Below are positions 21,952-32,421 of a stretch of 64,000 nucleotides of DNA, piece after piece (within the stretch, counting starts at the first letter, position 1; every line of letters starts with the position of its first letter). The DNA is taken from IMG/VR virus record IMGVR_UViG_3300031251_000001, positions 150,230 through 214,229 of that record; one strand, 5' to 3'. The notes under the pieces are model-generated. The model was not told the DNA's origin and did not search any database. It saw only the letters and a list, made by a program, of their open reading frames with translations. Both the position numbers and the translations under genes were made by a program.

Positions 21952-22179
21952 GAATCAGACAGCGACAGGCTTGGCGTCAACGAGCTTGCCGTCGATCCAG
22001 GCGTAGTTGACAGGGTCAGCACTCTCAGTGACGCGACGATCAGTGACCAGCACCCAACGGCACTCCAGGTCCTTGCCGTAGGCCTCAGCCTCCTCACGAG
22101 TGGCTAACCGCACAGCGTTGCTGTTCCACTCTTTACTGCGATCAGCGATGACTTCGACTTTGAAACTCATGGGTGTTCC

Positions 22180-22908
22180 TTAAACTTGCCACCAGATACC
22201 GGTCCAGTCGATCTGGTGGATGGGGTTGCGGATGTTGCGGACCTCACGGAAGTTATCAACGGCTTGTCGGCAACCCGGCACGCAGCCGTAGTCATCGACG
22301 ATCACGTAGCCGCCGGGGCTGACCTTCTCGTAGAGGGCCTTGAGGCACTGCCAGGTCGACTCGTAGAGATCACCATCGAGACGAAGCACGGCCAGCTTCT
22401 CGATCGGACCTGGTAGCGTGTCCTTAAACCAGCCTGGCAGGAACTTGACGTTAGGATGCAGGAGGCCATAACGGTTGAAGTTGGACATGACCTCTTCCCG
22501 CGAGACGGCCAGGAACTGCAGACTATGGTGGTTGTCGTTGAGATCGGCAGGGTAGAGCTCAGGGTTAGGCTTAGGGCAGCCCTGGAATGAGTCGACGACC
22601 CAGACATTGCGGACAGGCTGATACGGATGATCGCCGCTGTCCATTCGCTCCTCGACAACCGCTGCCATCATGATGGCACAGCCGCCTTTCCAGACGCCGC
22701 ATTCAGCAAAATCACCAGGAATGCTGCGAGCGTAGACATCCTGGCACAGACGAGTCAGGCTGCAAAGCCGTTCCGTGCCGACCATGGTCTCGGCATCCAT
22801 CGGCCAGTCCCTACCGTGCCTGCGGTCCTGTAGCTTCCTGGGGTCGGTCAGGAACAACTCCCGCGTCAACACTTTCTGCAGGAGATTCAAATAGCGGTTG
22901 TTGACCAT
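22180..22908 (-). CDS. TylF/MycF/NovP-family O-methyltransferase
   Basis: AETMVG..RL, IPGDFAECGVWKGG, DSFQG, GWFKDTLP, LRLDGDLYEST, GGYVIVDDY. Confidence 0.95.
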   Translation of the reverse strand: MVNNRYLNLLQKVLTRELFLTDPRKLQDRRHGRDWPMDAETMVGTERLCSLTRLCQDVYARSIPGDFAECGVWKGGCAIMMAAVVEERMDSGDHPYQPVRNVWVVDSFQGCPKPNPELYPADLNDNHHSLQFLAVSREEVMSNFNRYGLLHPNVKFLPGWFKDTLPGPIEKLAVLRLDGDLYESTWQCLKALYEKVSPGGYVIVDDYGCVPGCRQAVDNFREVRNIRNPIHQIDWTGIWWQV

Positions 22909-23325
22909 ATCACTCTCCAGCGTAGTGGCTATCGTTGCGTTTCACGACTTCCTGGGCCGCATCGAACAACTTGCCCTTGATGGACTCGAAGTAGCGACAG
23001 GCTGCCATGACCAAGTCGATGTTGTCGGCGGAGAAGTCAGTCATCTTGTCGTGGGCCTGCAGCGGTCCCCAGGTCAGGTTCTTCTCGTAGAGCGACATCG
23101 ACCAACCCTTGTTGGTGTAGTCATAGCGGGCGGTGATACTGCGCTTGCATGCCCCGGTGCCATCACGGTCGATGAAGCGGACGATGCGTGATTGCACCGT
23201 CTCTTCAAAGACCATTTCCGGCCCAGGTTCGACAATTGCAGCAGGTGCGTGACCACACCTGCCACAGGTGGTGCGCTTGGTGTTGGGTGAGCCGCACGAC
23301 GGGCACTTCCACTTGTAGGCTGCTG

Positions 23326-23967
23326 TCACAGGGTCTCCTTGTTAAGCTCAGTCACCAGCAACTGGACGAGATCGTTACGATCGGTGACTGCTTTGTAGGC
23401 CTCGTCAAGGCGTGCGTTAGCGGTGGCCAGCTCCTGGCCGGCGTCAGCGAGCTCCTGGTTCCAGAACTCCTCAGCGGTCACGGGCTGCCAATCGTTGGGA
23501 TCGGTCTTCAGGGCTTGATCGATACCCTGGCAATCCCAGGCGATAGCCACGTTGATCTCGTTGAGCAGGCGACCACGGAAGTTCCGGAACGCCTCGCTGT
23601 CGATTGCGGGCTTCCAGTTGTTAATCTTGTCGATCATGCCGTCGTAGCGGGCTCGCAGCTCCTTCTTGTATTGAAGCCGCTTCTCTGGTTCTTTCCGCCA
23701 CTCCAAGAGCTTCTTATTGTGGGCCTCCGCTGCCGCTTCCTTGTCAGCCTGGGTCATGGTCGAGATCTTCGTGAACTTGGCCTTAGCCAACTCCACGTTG
23801 ACCCCGTAGTGCCCCGGCTCCCAACCGGTGAACTCGCCGGCGATCACACCGCGAGGGACAGCCAGGTCGGTGCGAAGCATGTTCTCGCTCTTAGCGACCC
23901 TGACCGCGAACTCCTTGAGGGTGAGTTCTCGACCTGCCATAAGTTCATTAGTGAGACCGTTAGCCAT
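23326..23967 (-). CDS. helical hypothetical protein
   Basis: 213-aa ORF, tiles with neighbours. Confidence 0.55.
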   Translation of the reverse strand: MANGLTNELMAGRELTLKEFAVRVAKSENMLRTDLAVPRGVIAGEFTGWEPGHYGVNVELAKAKFTKISTMTQADKEAAAEAHNKKLLEWRKEPEKRLQYKKELRARYDGMIDKINNWKPAIDSEAFRNFRGRLLNEINVAIAWDCQGIDQALKTDPNDWQPVTAEEFWNQELADAGQELATANARLDEAYKAVTDRNDLVQLLVTELNKETL

Positions 23968-24416
23968 GTGAGTCTTTCGTTAATTGCCAGTCTGCGATCA
24001 GCAGCCAGGCGGGCCAGATGAGCAAGATAAGCAACGGGAGGATGGTGAACACCATCCACCAGGGGTAACACATGTGGTGACGACTGAGCTTGTGTCGTTT
24101 CTCCATCGTCATGATGGCGACGGAATAGACGACAACGTAAGAACCGAGGTGCAAGTACCACCACCAAAAGTCATGATCGCTCATGCTTGATTTCCTCTCA
24201 GAAACGCCTGGGCGATCTGCACGGCCGCTTGGTGCGTATAGCCATCCGGGTTGTCGTCAGGCTGAGGCTGCAGTTCTTTGTTGACATAACAGAACACCTG
24301 CCACTGAGCGTGACAGGTATCATAGCGGAGGATCTCCACCTTCTTGTCGCCCAGCTTGGCAACCGTCCCGTGCATGTAGCCACGGGACGTCGGTTTGAAC
24401 TCGGCCGCGATCATGG

Positions 24417-25607
24417 TTACTTCCCTTTGTTGAGGATGACCATCACCGTCTTAATCGTCGTCCCCGACTCTTTGAACGCCGCGACAGGGAGTTCCTTAAT
24501 CTTGCCGTTCTTCTTGATCAGTTCGACCAGCTCGTTGTGCAGCGCTGTGCCACGGAACTGAACAGAGCCAGAGGCGATCGACACCAGCCTGCCGCCCGGT
24601 TTAAGCATCTTCCAGGCGTGCAGGATGTGCTTGATGTCCTGCATCTTAGTGAACGGCGGATTCATGACGATACGGTCGTACTGGGTGACCAGCGAGGGAC
24701 TGTTGAAGGTGAGGAAGTCTTGCTGCCAGACCGCGTAACTCTTCTCCACCAGGGCGTCGGCATCGTGCTTATCCAGCTCCACACAATGCACATCGCAACC
24801 CAGGTCTTTCAGCCTCTTGGCGATGCGACCATCGCCGGCTGACGGTTCCAGGCACAAGTGATACTTGCGTACCTGGGCCTCCTTCATCATCAAGTCGACG
24901 ATCTCGGGCGGTGTGTAGAACGATTGCTTGGTCTGCTGGATATTGATCGCCTTGCCGGTCTTAATCCCTTCCCGGAGCAAGTCGATGGCTTGGCGGTTGG
25001 GGAAGACGTGGGTGCCGAGGTTGGACTTCCATTTACCGTCATAACCCAGCAGGACCTTCTTGAAAGCAGCGTAGACCTTGGGGGCGAGTTGACCTTCCGG
25101 AAGCGTGACGGTCAGAGCGTCATCGTCGATAGTGCAATTGTTCAAGATCTCTTTGATCTCGTCGGGAATCGTGCCGCGTGCTGCTATGGCCATTGCTTCC
25201 TTTCTCTTTTGTTCTTTGACCTTGTCTATTGCTTCTGGAAGATACTCCTCCAACCGACAGCCCTCGTTGTGCTTGGTGCGGTAGTGCCGAAGGATGTCTA
25301 TCCAGTAGAGGTAAGACTTGTAATAACGAGTCTTGGTGTCGAGCAGTTTCTGCAACCTCGACTTCATGTACATCTCGGTGTTGTCGTCACCATATCGCTT
25401 GGCGGCAAACGTCGGACCCCGGTAGTCGCTGTAGATGTGTGAACGCAGCCTGACTGCGGCTTCCTTCTCGAACAGCTCCAACGTCCCGCGTACGTGCTGC
25501 AGGACGTTAGCCAGGCTGTGTGGGTTGTTGTCGATATAAAGCAACAACATATCAGTGTCGTGGCTCGGTCGCCACTCAGTGTTAATATCCAGTAGCTCAG
25601 GAAGCAT
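24417..25607 (-). CDS. class I SAM-dependent (N6-adenine DNA-type) methyltransferase
   Basis: QSFYTP, LEPSAGDG (motif I), YDRIVMNPPF (motif IV), FKESGT; start MLPELL after AGGAGA. Confidence 0.85.
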   Translation of the reverse strand: MLPELLDINTEWRPSHDTDMLLLYIDNNPHSLANVLQHVRGTLELFEKEAAVRLRSHIYSDYRGPTFAAKRYGDDNTEMYMKSRLQKLLDTKTRYYKSYLYWIDILRHYRTKHNEGCRLEEYLPEAIDKVKEQKRKEAMAIAARGTIPDEIKEILNNCTIDDDALTVTLPEGQLAPKVYAAFKKVLLGYDGKWKSNLGTHVFPNRQAIDLLREGIKTGKAINIQQTKQSFYTPPEIVDLMMKEAQVRKYHLCLEPSAGDGRIAKRLKDLGCDVHCVELDKHDADALVEKSYAVWQQDFLTFNSPSLVTQYDRIVMNPPFTKMQDIKHILHAWKMLKPGGRLVSIASGSVQFRGTALHNELVELIKKNGKIKELPVAAFKESGTTIKTVMVILNKGK

Positions 25608-26432
25608 GTGTCTCCTATCGGCGGTTGCTGTTGCGGCCGCTATAGCCGTTGGTTGGTACGGGGTGACCCTCCAGTGCACGAATCCTCGCTCTGCAATGAG
25701 TGATACTCCACATGAACTTATCCATGCGACGGCGGGCGCTGGCGGTGTAAATCTGAAACGTGCCGGGAGGGTTACGGTTCTTGGGGTCGTCCTCAATCTT
25801 CTTGACCTTGATCAGCAGCTGTCGCATCTCCTCACGCAACTGCGGTATGGTCTCTTCCGTGTCGGCGCTCATAGCTCGTCCTCGGTTAACACACCCTGGA
25901 ACATGAAGTAGATAACGCCCTTGCAGGTAGTCGAAGCAATGAACGTGGCGTCGGCTGGCAGGCAATCTGTCTCACCCGCCACGATGATGATCTTGAATCG
26001 CTTCTCGTTCAGGGCTTCCTTGGTGGGTTGAGCGTAGCGCCAGAAGAGAGTAGGGACATAACGATAGTGCTTGGTGCCACTGTCGTAGTATTTCTCCTTT
26101 CGCATCGTGAACCCCAGCAGCTGAGAGTCAGGAGGAATGCGAATGAAGCTCGTAGTGACCCATTGCCGTTCGATGGAGTGCAGCTCCGCAGAGCCGATTC
26201 GATGCGTGTCCATGGTCACTTGCCTTTCCGTTTCTTTTTGTTCTCGCTGAGGATGTCGTTCAACATGCACACCAGATCCATGTTGTCGGGGAATCGCTGA
26301 GTCATCTTGGTGTACTCGACGATTCGCCCACCCATCGTCGTCTCGATGAAGTCGTAATAGTAGGCCCCGTCCGTGACGTCAGGCTCCACGAACTTGTTGG
26401 TACGCATCCAGTTGTCGATCACCAGGGCCATG

Positions 26433-27278
26433 TCATGGATTTTCTCCACGATGTCGGCGTGCGACTGATTCCGGTAGACCTCGTTCCATACCTTCAATCG
26501 AGACAGAGGGTGAATAACACCCTCGGTCAGATAGTAGGTAGTGAGAGCGACGTCGCGCAGCTTGTTGGCGTCGTACAGCCGAGGTATGCCGTTTGGGTGC
26601 GTAGGTGGGCGGGAGGGGACGTTTGAGTTTGCGGACATATTTGGGCTTCTCTCGGTTACAGAGGATGGAAATGGCGAGCTTGAGAGTATGGTACTCCTCA
26701 CGATCAATGTAGAGCGTGAGCAGGTGTTGATTGCCGAAACCGATGTCATGCGTGCGTTCGTGCTTGATGACTCGCACCAGCTTGAGACCGGGTTCCTTGT
26801 TAAGCACATCCATCGTGTCGTCCAGGAACTTGTCGGGTACGGTGAGTCTCACCTCGACCAGGCCCTCACGCTGCAGGCCTATCAGGATGTTTGGTTGGCG
26901 TGCCTTGATCAGGCCGAGACGAAACTTGAACTGCTGAAAGGCAGCGCCGGCTGTATTGGCCTGATGGGCGGCCTCCATGTGCATGTTCCACTTGCCGCTG
27001 TGCGGATTGACGTCTGGAAGTTGAGCAGTGACAGCCCGCTCGGGTTCCTCGAACTTGAAGAACACTGTGTAGATAGTGTCTTCGGAGAACCACAAGCCAC
27101 CTGAGACATTGACCAGGCCGCAGTCGGAATACAGGGTGACCTGGAACCGATCGAGCCAGGGTTCCTTCGTGTTGTTGCCGTCCAACGCCACCATGCCCAG
27201 CGTGAGCAGGTGCTCGTAGACCAGCTTGTCGAAGCGTTTGATGCGTTCTTGAATCTCTTTGGGGACGCGACGTGCCAT
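26433..27278 (-). CDS. hypothetical protein
   Basis: 281-aa ORF. Confidence 0.55.
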   Translation of the reverse strand: MARRVPKEIQERIKRFDKLVYEHLLTLGMVALDGNNTKEPWLDRFQVTLYSDCGLVNVSGGLWFSEDTIYTVFFKFEEPERAVTAQLPDVNPHSGKWNMHMEAAHQANTAGAAFQQFKFRLGLIKARQPNILIGLQREGLVEVRLTVPDKFLDDTMDVLNKEPGLKLVRVIKHERTHDIGFGNQHLLTLYIDREEYHTLKLAISILCNREKPKYVRKLKRPLPPTYAPKRHTSAVRRQQAARRRSHYLLSDRGCYSPSVSIEGMERGLPESVARRHRGENP

Positions 27279-27490
27279 GAGTTATCCAATCTGAAGTTGA
27301 CCACGCTTGTTGGTGGTGATGCCTTTGGAGCAAGGGAAAGAGCGACGACCATCTGGCCATGTCACAGATACACGTACTCCGTTACAACCCTCCAGGCTGC
27401 AAGGACGTATATTTCCAGAACACACGCCCTTCTGCTTGCCGTCGCGATCCAAGATGATGGTGCCTTTCTTGAACATAGTGTCTCCTGATT

Positions 27491-27523
27491 AAACGAAAAC
27501 ACCCAGGCGGGATGCCTGGGTGT
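27491..27523 (-). terminator. intrinsic terminator
   Basis: ACACCCAGGC-ATCCC-GCCTGGGTGT followed by TTTCGTTT. Confidence 0.8.
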
Positions 27524-27549
27524 CGTGGTATTTCTCAGCTGTCTGTCCG

Positions 27550-27786
27550 TTATGGGAAAATCGGGCTGGTCAAGACGATCCAAAGCCGCAGTAATACATC
27601 CCAAGCTACGGTTCCTCCGCCTGGTGGCATGGTAGGAGGAGGTGTGGGATCGCCCGGAAAGGCAGGATCCCAGACCATCACCACATAACCATCGCTGTTG
27701 ACATAATATACCCAGTCGGCTTTGACTGTCTGCGTTGTGCAGAGCAGCACCAAGCAGGCCACCAGGGCCAAAACAGATCGCTTCAT
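27550..27786 (-). CDS. small secreted Pro-rich protein
   Basis: Signal peptide ending VKA; AGGAG RBS. Confidence 0.6.
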   Translation of the reverse strand: MKRSVLALVACLVLLCTTQTVKADWVYYVNSDGYVVMVWDPAFPGDPTPPPTMPPGGGTVAWDVLLRLWIVLTSPIFP

Positions 27787-27850
27787 TGCGGACTCCTAAC
27801 GCACGTCCATCGTAGGCGTCATGCCGGTGACTGGCGTGCGATATAGTCCA

Positions 27851-27859
27851 ATTATAACA
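27851..27859 (-). promoter_or_regulatory. consensus extended -10 TGTTATAAT
   Basis: Perfect TGnTATAAT in an intergenic gap. Confidence 0.6.
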
Positions 27860-28423
27860 CGACTGGAAGGAGGCCCGACGTGGTAGAGGCTTGGCTAGTA
27901 CTCCTCGACTCACCCACGTCAGGCCATGGATCTATTTAGCGGTGGCATCCGCCAGGGCTTGGAGGACTTGATTGACGAAGTCAGGGGAGCTGGTATTGAA
28001 GTCGAGAGCCAAGAGCTGACAGCGTGGATCACGCAGCAGCGAGGCCAGGGCAACGAGGTCAGACAGGTCTATAGTGACGTTGGCTTTCATGGGATAACAA
28101 CGTCCTCGGGGCAACTGCCGGCACCGCAGCTATCCTCACCACTTGCCGGGTTGGGAACCACGGCGGCGTGAACGTAAGGCTCGGAGAACGACTGCGTCTC
28201 CAGAGCCTTGGTGAGCATGTCACGAATGGCTACAAGACCCTCACGGGTGGTAGCCAAGCGGAACCTGTGCTGAAGGTTGCCGAAAGAGCTGGTCTCGATC
28301 TCTAGCGTTGGGCCGTAGGCATCGAAGACGCGAATGGTGGCACCACTATTACCCACGTGCAGGTAGATCTCGGTGGCGGGCGTTTCGACTTTTTTACTGT
28401 CTTGGGACATGGTGACCTCTAAG

Positions 28424-28495
28424 AGCCGGGGGCAAGATTTGAACTTACGACCTCGTGGTTATGAGCCACGCGAGCTACCACTGCTCCACCCCGGT
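28424..28495 (-). tRNA. tRNA-Met(CAT), initiator-like, no encoded CCA
   Basis: ACCGGGG TG GAGC AGTGGTA GCTC G CGTGG CTCATAA CCACG AGGTC GTAAG TTCAAAT CTTGC CCCCGGC T folds as a cloverleaf. Confidence 0.93.
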
Positions 28496-28587
28496 ATGGC
28501 GGGAAGACGCCAGACAGACGGGTACCAGACCGACCTGCCTAACGCCCTCCCATGTCTGCATGTTGTACATGACCCACCGTGCCGTGT

Positions 28588-29118
28588 CTAGTTCACCTTG
28601 GCCCTCGTTCCAAATAGCCAGTCACACCCCAGGAAGATGATGTTGTAGTTGGTGCCCGGCTGCACGTGATGCAGCTCATGGTGATCGTGCAGGGCCTTCC
28701 AGAATGGCAGGTAGGGTACCCACCAGTGGGAACCGGGGATGTGCATCTCACTGTGGATGTAACCCCAGAGGGCGTGGTGGACGTACACCAACACGAAGAA
28801 GGCGATGGATCCGGCAGGGCTCACTAACCACATCAACCCGCAGACGAGGATCATGGGGATCCACTGCAAGTCGAGGGTCAGGTTGAAGAGGTTGCACGGG
28901 AGCTTGTCATCGTGATGGAAGTCCTCACGGAAGCACTGACCGTGGTGGAAGTGCCGGTGGGCTTCCAGGGTGTAGTTGAGCGTGGGGAACCAGCGATACA
29001 TGAACGCTGGAAAGGATTTGCGGTGCATGAGGTAGCGGTGAATCGTCCACTCGAACACGCTCATGAACGGGTAGAACAGAGCCAGGACGGCGATCAAGAC
29101 TGCGATGTTGGTCGTCAT
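28588..29118 (-). CDS. fatty acid hydroxylase / sterol desaturase family membrane enzyme
   Basis: His boxes HRYLMH, HRHFHH, HSEMH, HHELHH; NYNIIFLGCDWLFGT; TM segments. Confidence 0.85.
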   Translation of the reverse strand: MTTNIAVLIAVLALFYPFMSVFEWTIHRYLMHRKSFPAFMYRWFPTLNYTLEAHRHFHHGQCFREDFHHDDKLPCNLFNLTLDLQWIPMILVCGLMWLVSPAGSIAFFVLVYVHHALWGYIHSEMHIPGSHWWVPYLPFWKALHDHHELHHVQPGTNYNIIFLGCDWLFGTRAKVN

Positions 29119-29124
29119 GTCCTG

Positions 29125-29133
29125 ATTGTAACA
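29125..29133 (-). promoter_or_regulatory. extended -10 TGTTACAAT, 6 nt before ATG (possibly leaderless)
   Basis: Spacing to ATG at 29118. Confidence 0.5.
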
Positions 29134-29489
29134 TGCTAGGGTGTGCGACCGATAATCACGACGTAGAGGCGACCAGGCGAGTTCTCGTGGACCACCTGGA
29201 CCTTATCCCCGACGTGCAGGTTGGTGTAGAACTCATCACCGACGCCGACAGCCAGCCAGACATAGCCCAGATCGTCTTCGACCTCCAGGTTGTACTCAGT
29301 TGGGCCACTGGGATCCTCGCTATCACCTGTGGTGCGGATGAGGGGTTGCTGACTGATGCTCAGCACGGTGCAGGGGTAACCAGGCATCGGCTGGGGCTGA
29401 GGCTGGTTTTCGTTGATGGCGATGATGGCGGCACAGAGGACCAGGAGTACAGAGTAGAACGAGAGACGACGCATGGTGTACCTCAAGTG

Positions 29490-29514
29490 AAAAACCCAGG
29501 CGGTAGGCCTGGGT
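29490..29514 (-). terminator. intrinsic terminator
   Basis: ACCCAGGC-CTACC-GCCTGGGT followed by TTTTC. Confidence 0.7.
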
Positions 29515-29520
29515 ATTGGT

Positions 29521-30204
29521 TTAGAGATCGTCCTGCTGAGGGTCAGCATCGTTGACGTGGCGGATGAAGCCACGATGCAGCCAACCGTGAAAGCCGGGAC
29601 GAGACGGAGCAATGAAGATAGAGGGTTTGACGGTAACTCGTGGCACGGTGCCCTTGCGTGACCAGGCCGGGTTGCTGCCTGAGCTGATCGATGGCCCGTC
29701 GATAAACCAGTCTGAAATGTCGGGGCCTTCGCCACTGGGGTCAGACGGGCAGCGAACATAGAGACAGATGCCATCAGCACCCGTGAACTTATCCTTCTTA
29801 CCGTCCGAGCCGCGCCACCAGGAAGCATCCCACATGGCTCCTGCTGGTGCTCTGACCGGCCCACCAGGCAGCTCGCTCAGGTGCAAGTGATACTCACCGC
29901 CCTTATCGTCCTGGTAGATCACCTCCCAGAACAGCTCACGATCCTTCTTCTCGAACGCCAAACCACAGCTGCACTGAGCCGGCCAGCGTGTGTCTTCGGC
30001 AAAGGGCGTCATGTCGCCATGCCCGCCCAGGATGCCGCGTGCCTTATCCTCGGCACTGATGACACCATCCTCGACTCGATTCAAAGCAGAGTGATAACTG
30101 TAGTCACCGCCCATCGAAGGACACGGCCCGCTACGGCTGCACCGCAGCCACTGATAGCTGCGGTCACTCGGTTTGATGAAGAAGCAAAGGATAGGTTTCA
30201 TCAT
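29521..30204 (-). CDS. hypothetical protein with DUF6527-like C-terminus
   Basis: W.R.G..P..TVKPSI......FHGWLHRG motif. Confidence 0.55.
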   Translation of the reverse strand: MMKPILCFFIKPSDRSYQWLRCSRSGPCPSMGGDYSYHSALNRVEDGVISAEDKARGILGGHGDMTPFAEDTRWPAQCSCGLAFEKKDRELFWEVIYQDDKGGEYHLHLSELPGGPVRAPAGAMWDASWWRGSDGKKDKFTGADGICLYVRCPSDPSGEGPDISDWFIDGPSISSGSNPAWSRKGTVPRVTVKPSIFIAPSRPGFHGWLHRGFIRHVNDADPQQDDL

Positions 30205-30446
30205 GGGTGATTCACCTTCAGGTTGTTGAACCAGGTCACGATGAGGACGAGCAGCCCCCACACGCCGATGACAAACAAGGTGATCCAGAGTGGACTCATG
30301 ACCCAGAGCCAAGACCAGTCGATGGCCTTGAACAGCTTGAGAGCGATGAACACCAGCTGTACGATGCCGATGATGATGGCAATGACCATGATCACGAGCG
30401 ATTCAAAGATTGCTTCACCGAAGGAGTTGAAGTCCATTCCATCCTC

Positions 30447-30462
30447 CAAAATACGTATTTTG
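30447..30462. promoter_or_regulatory. 16-bp palindrome, copy 4
   Basis: Exact; adjacent to the GGAGG RBS of the gene starting at 30437. Confidence 0.85.
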
Positions 30463-31295
30463 AAACCTACTTGGCCATCACCAGCAGCATGAACGGCCAG
30501 GAGACCATCCACAGAGTGAACCAGTAGGGCAACGTGAACCCAGGAGCACCTTTAGCGACCAGGATGATCAAGGCCAGGACGAATCCGATAGTCAGATAGC
30601 CCAGCACGATGCCGGCCAGCAACCTGCCGGCGCCTTTACAGATCTTCCAAAGTGTTCGCATGCGGTACTCCGGAGTTCCTTACTCCAGTGTACCCTGTCG
30701 GCGTCTCCGCACACTGCGGAGCGAACCCCGTGGCGGGAAGTACCCGATGTCCTTGACTTGACCGTTATGGAACACCACGCGGATGTTCTCAGGGCTGATG
30801 TGAGTGATGATCCCTTCGCGGCCGAGGAGTGACTTACCGCCGGCCAGGGTCTCACCAGTGACTTTAACTTTGGTTTGAGGTCGCATCGTGCTCTCGCTGT
30901 TTGTCCAATACTGTTGAGATATCGAGCAGGTACAGGCCGAACCAGATGGGCAGGCACACCGCCACTGCTATCGACAGGACAACAATAACACCTGCGAGAA
31001 CGGACATCAACCATTTACCGGCTGCTGACCAGGCAACGAGCCCAGCAGGGCTGCACAGCCAGAAGATCAAGATGGCGACCGGGGCGATGATGAAGCCGTA
31101 AGCGGTTGCCCGCGTAAGGTGAACGAGGAAGCGCATCACGAGGCCATCCTTTCCCGGAGAGCAGCCTCCTTGGAGCGAGGCCGCGGCCAACCATGACGGT
31201 AGAAATAATTGCAACACTTCCGGCAGTAGTAGCCCTGATGCTTACCTTTGTCATTGACGACAACCAGGACCCTGCTGTAGGGAGTCTCGCAGTCC

Positions 31296-32003
31296 TTATT
31301 TTGACACTTTTGCTTTGGTACTCGGCGGTGACGAGGCATTGACATCTCCAATGACGAGCCAGTTGATGGACAGGGCGGAGCAGAAGAAGCCCAGGAGCCA
31401 ACCACCGATGCAGTCGGTCGGGTAGTGGACGCCGAGCATGACGCGACTGGTGCAGACCAAGGCGATACCAAAGAAGGTAAGGCTGACGATGGTCCTGAAC
31501 ACGGCGTAGTTGATGTCGTACTCACTCCGACCTCGGGCCTTGAGCACCCTGTCGGCACGGATGTAGGCGACACGCAGAACGGTCCACCAGAAGGCAACAG
31601 CAGCGGAAGCATGGCTACTGGGGAAGGAGTAACCGCCCTCCTCGGTCAGGTGTGAGACGATGCTAGGTCGATCGCGTTGAACGATGAGCTTCCAGGCCAA
31701 GTCGAAGATGAACGCCAGTGCGACAGCGATGAAGGCAGGTCTGGGGTCAGGCCGATCGTTGCTATTGGTGGGATCGACTGCGCAATAGAGCATGTAGATC
31801 AGCATGGCAAAACAGACCGTGGCGGCCGAGGCCCAGGAGGTGATATCCCGAGCCACGCTGGCCAGCGTGCTGTTGGTAATAGGGTGCAGCCAGGTGAGGA
31901 TGGCGTCATCGAATCCCTGCGTCCAGCCACTCTTGACAGCGATGGCCAAGAAACCGAAGAGGAAGGCAAGTACCCAGAGCTGCGTCGTGTGTTTGTTGTT
32001 CAT
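31296..32003 (-). CDS. PAP2-family membrane phosphatase
   Basis: KLIVQRDRP, SFPSSH, SRVMLGVHYPTD motifs; TM helices. Confidence 0.93.
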   Translation of the reverse strand: MNNKHTTQLWVLAFLFGFLAIAVKSGWTQGFDDAILTWLHPITNSTLASVARDITSWASAATVCFAMLIYMLYCAVDPTNSNDRPDPRPAFIAVALAFIFDLAWKLIVQRDRPSIVSHLTEEGGYSFPSSHASAAVAFWWTVLRVAYIRADRVLKARGRSEYDINYAVFRTIVSLTFFGIALVCTSRVMLGVHYPTDCIGGWLLGFFCSALSINWLVIGDVNASSPPSTKAKVSK

Positions 32004-32084
32004 GTTTGTCCTTGGGATGATCCCGTTTGACTTGGCCAGGAGTAACCCCGGCCGTCGACCACATACCAGTACCCGGTCGTGGTG
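32004..32084 (-). CRISPR. putative minimal-repeat array A (ACGRCCGGG, 25-nt period)
   Basis: ACGACCGGG and ACGGCCGGG 25 nt apart, plus a degenerate AAACGGG about 25 nt further. Confidence 0.45.
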
Positions 32085-32150
32085 CGTTGTGCCGCCGAGT
32101 ACCCACCAGGAGCACCCTAAGCAGCGGTAGGCCTACCGGTGGCCCCGTGA
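32085..32150 (-). ncRNA. 66-nt structured scaffold element, copy A
   Basis: TCACGGGGCCACCGGTAGGCCTACCGCTGCTTAGGGTGCTCCTGGTGGGTACTCGGCGGCACAACG. Confidence 0.8.
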
Positions 32151-32421
32151 ACTGACTACTTGCTCTGGATGTTACAGCGGGCATCCCAGAACAGCAAGAT
32201 GACGATGGTGACGACCAGGCCAATGATGCCGGCCGTGCCCCAGTAATAGTCGAAGCTGGAGTCAAACCAGATCGCTGTCATGCAGAGCATGCAGGCTAGC
32301 ATGGAGAGCGTGAACGCTGCGTATTTGGCTGGTGGATCTGAAGGAATTGGCTTGTTAAAAGCATCGCCCAGCAACCTGCGTAGCTGGGCGTCCTTGTCGA
32401 AGTGAGGCATCGATAGCTCCG

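Noticed and set aside
28478-28540. Cobalamin-riboswitch-like words on the plus strand (CCACTG...GGGAAG...CCAG...GACCTGCC)
   Set aside because: Overlaps the antisense of a clear tRNA, lacks the 5' half of the aptamer, and has no plus-strand gene downstream.
32035-32053. Spacer A2 (GGTTACTCCT) is antisense to the frequent AGGAGTAACC-ATG start motif (e.g. 39135, 47482)
   Set aside because: Only 10 nt and equally explained by a local hairpin (GGCCGGGG/TCCTGGCC); not supportable without testing.
32085-32150. 66-nt element as a group II intron end, HDV/theta ribozyme, IscB omega-RNA or terminator
   Set aside because: No domain V pattern, no nested double pseudoknot, no HEARO-like features and no U-tract.
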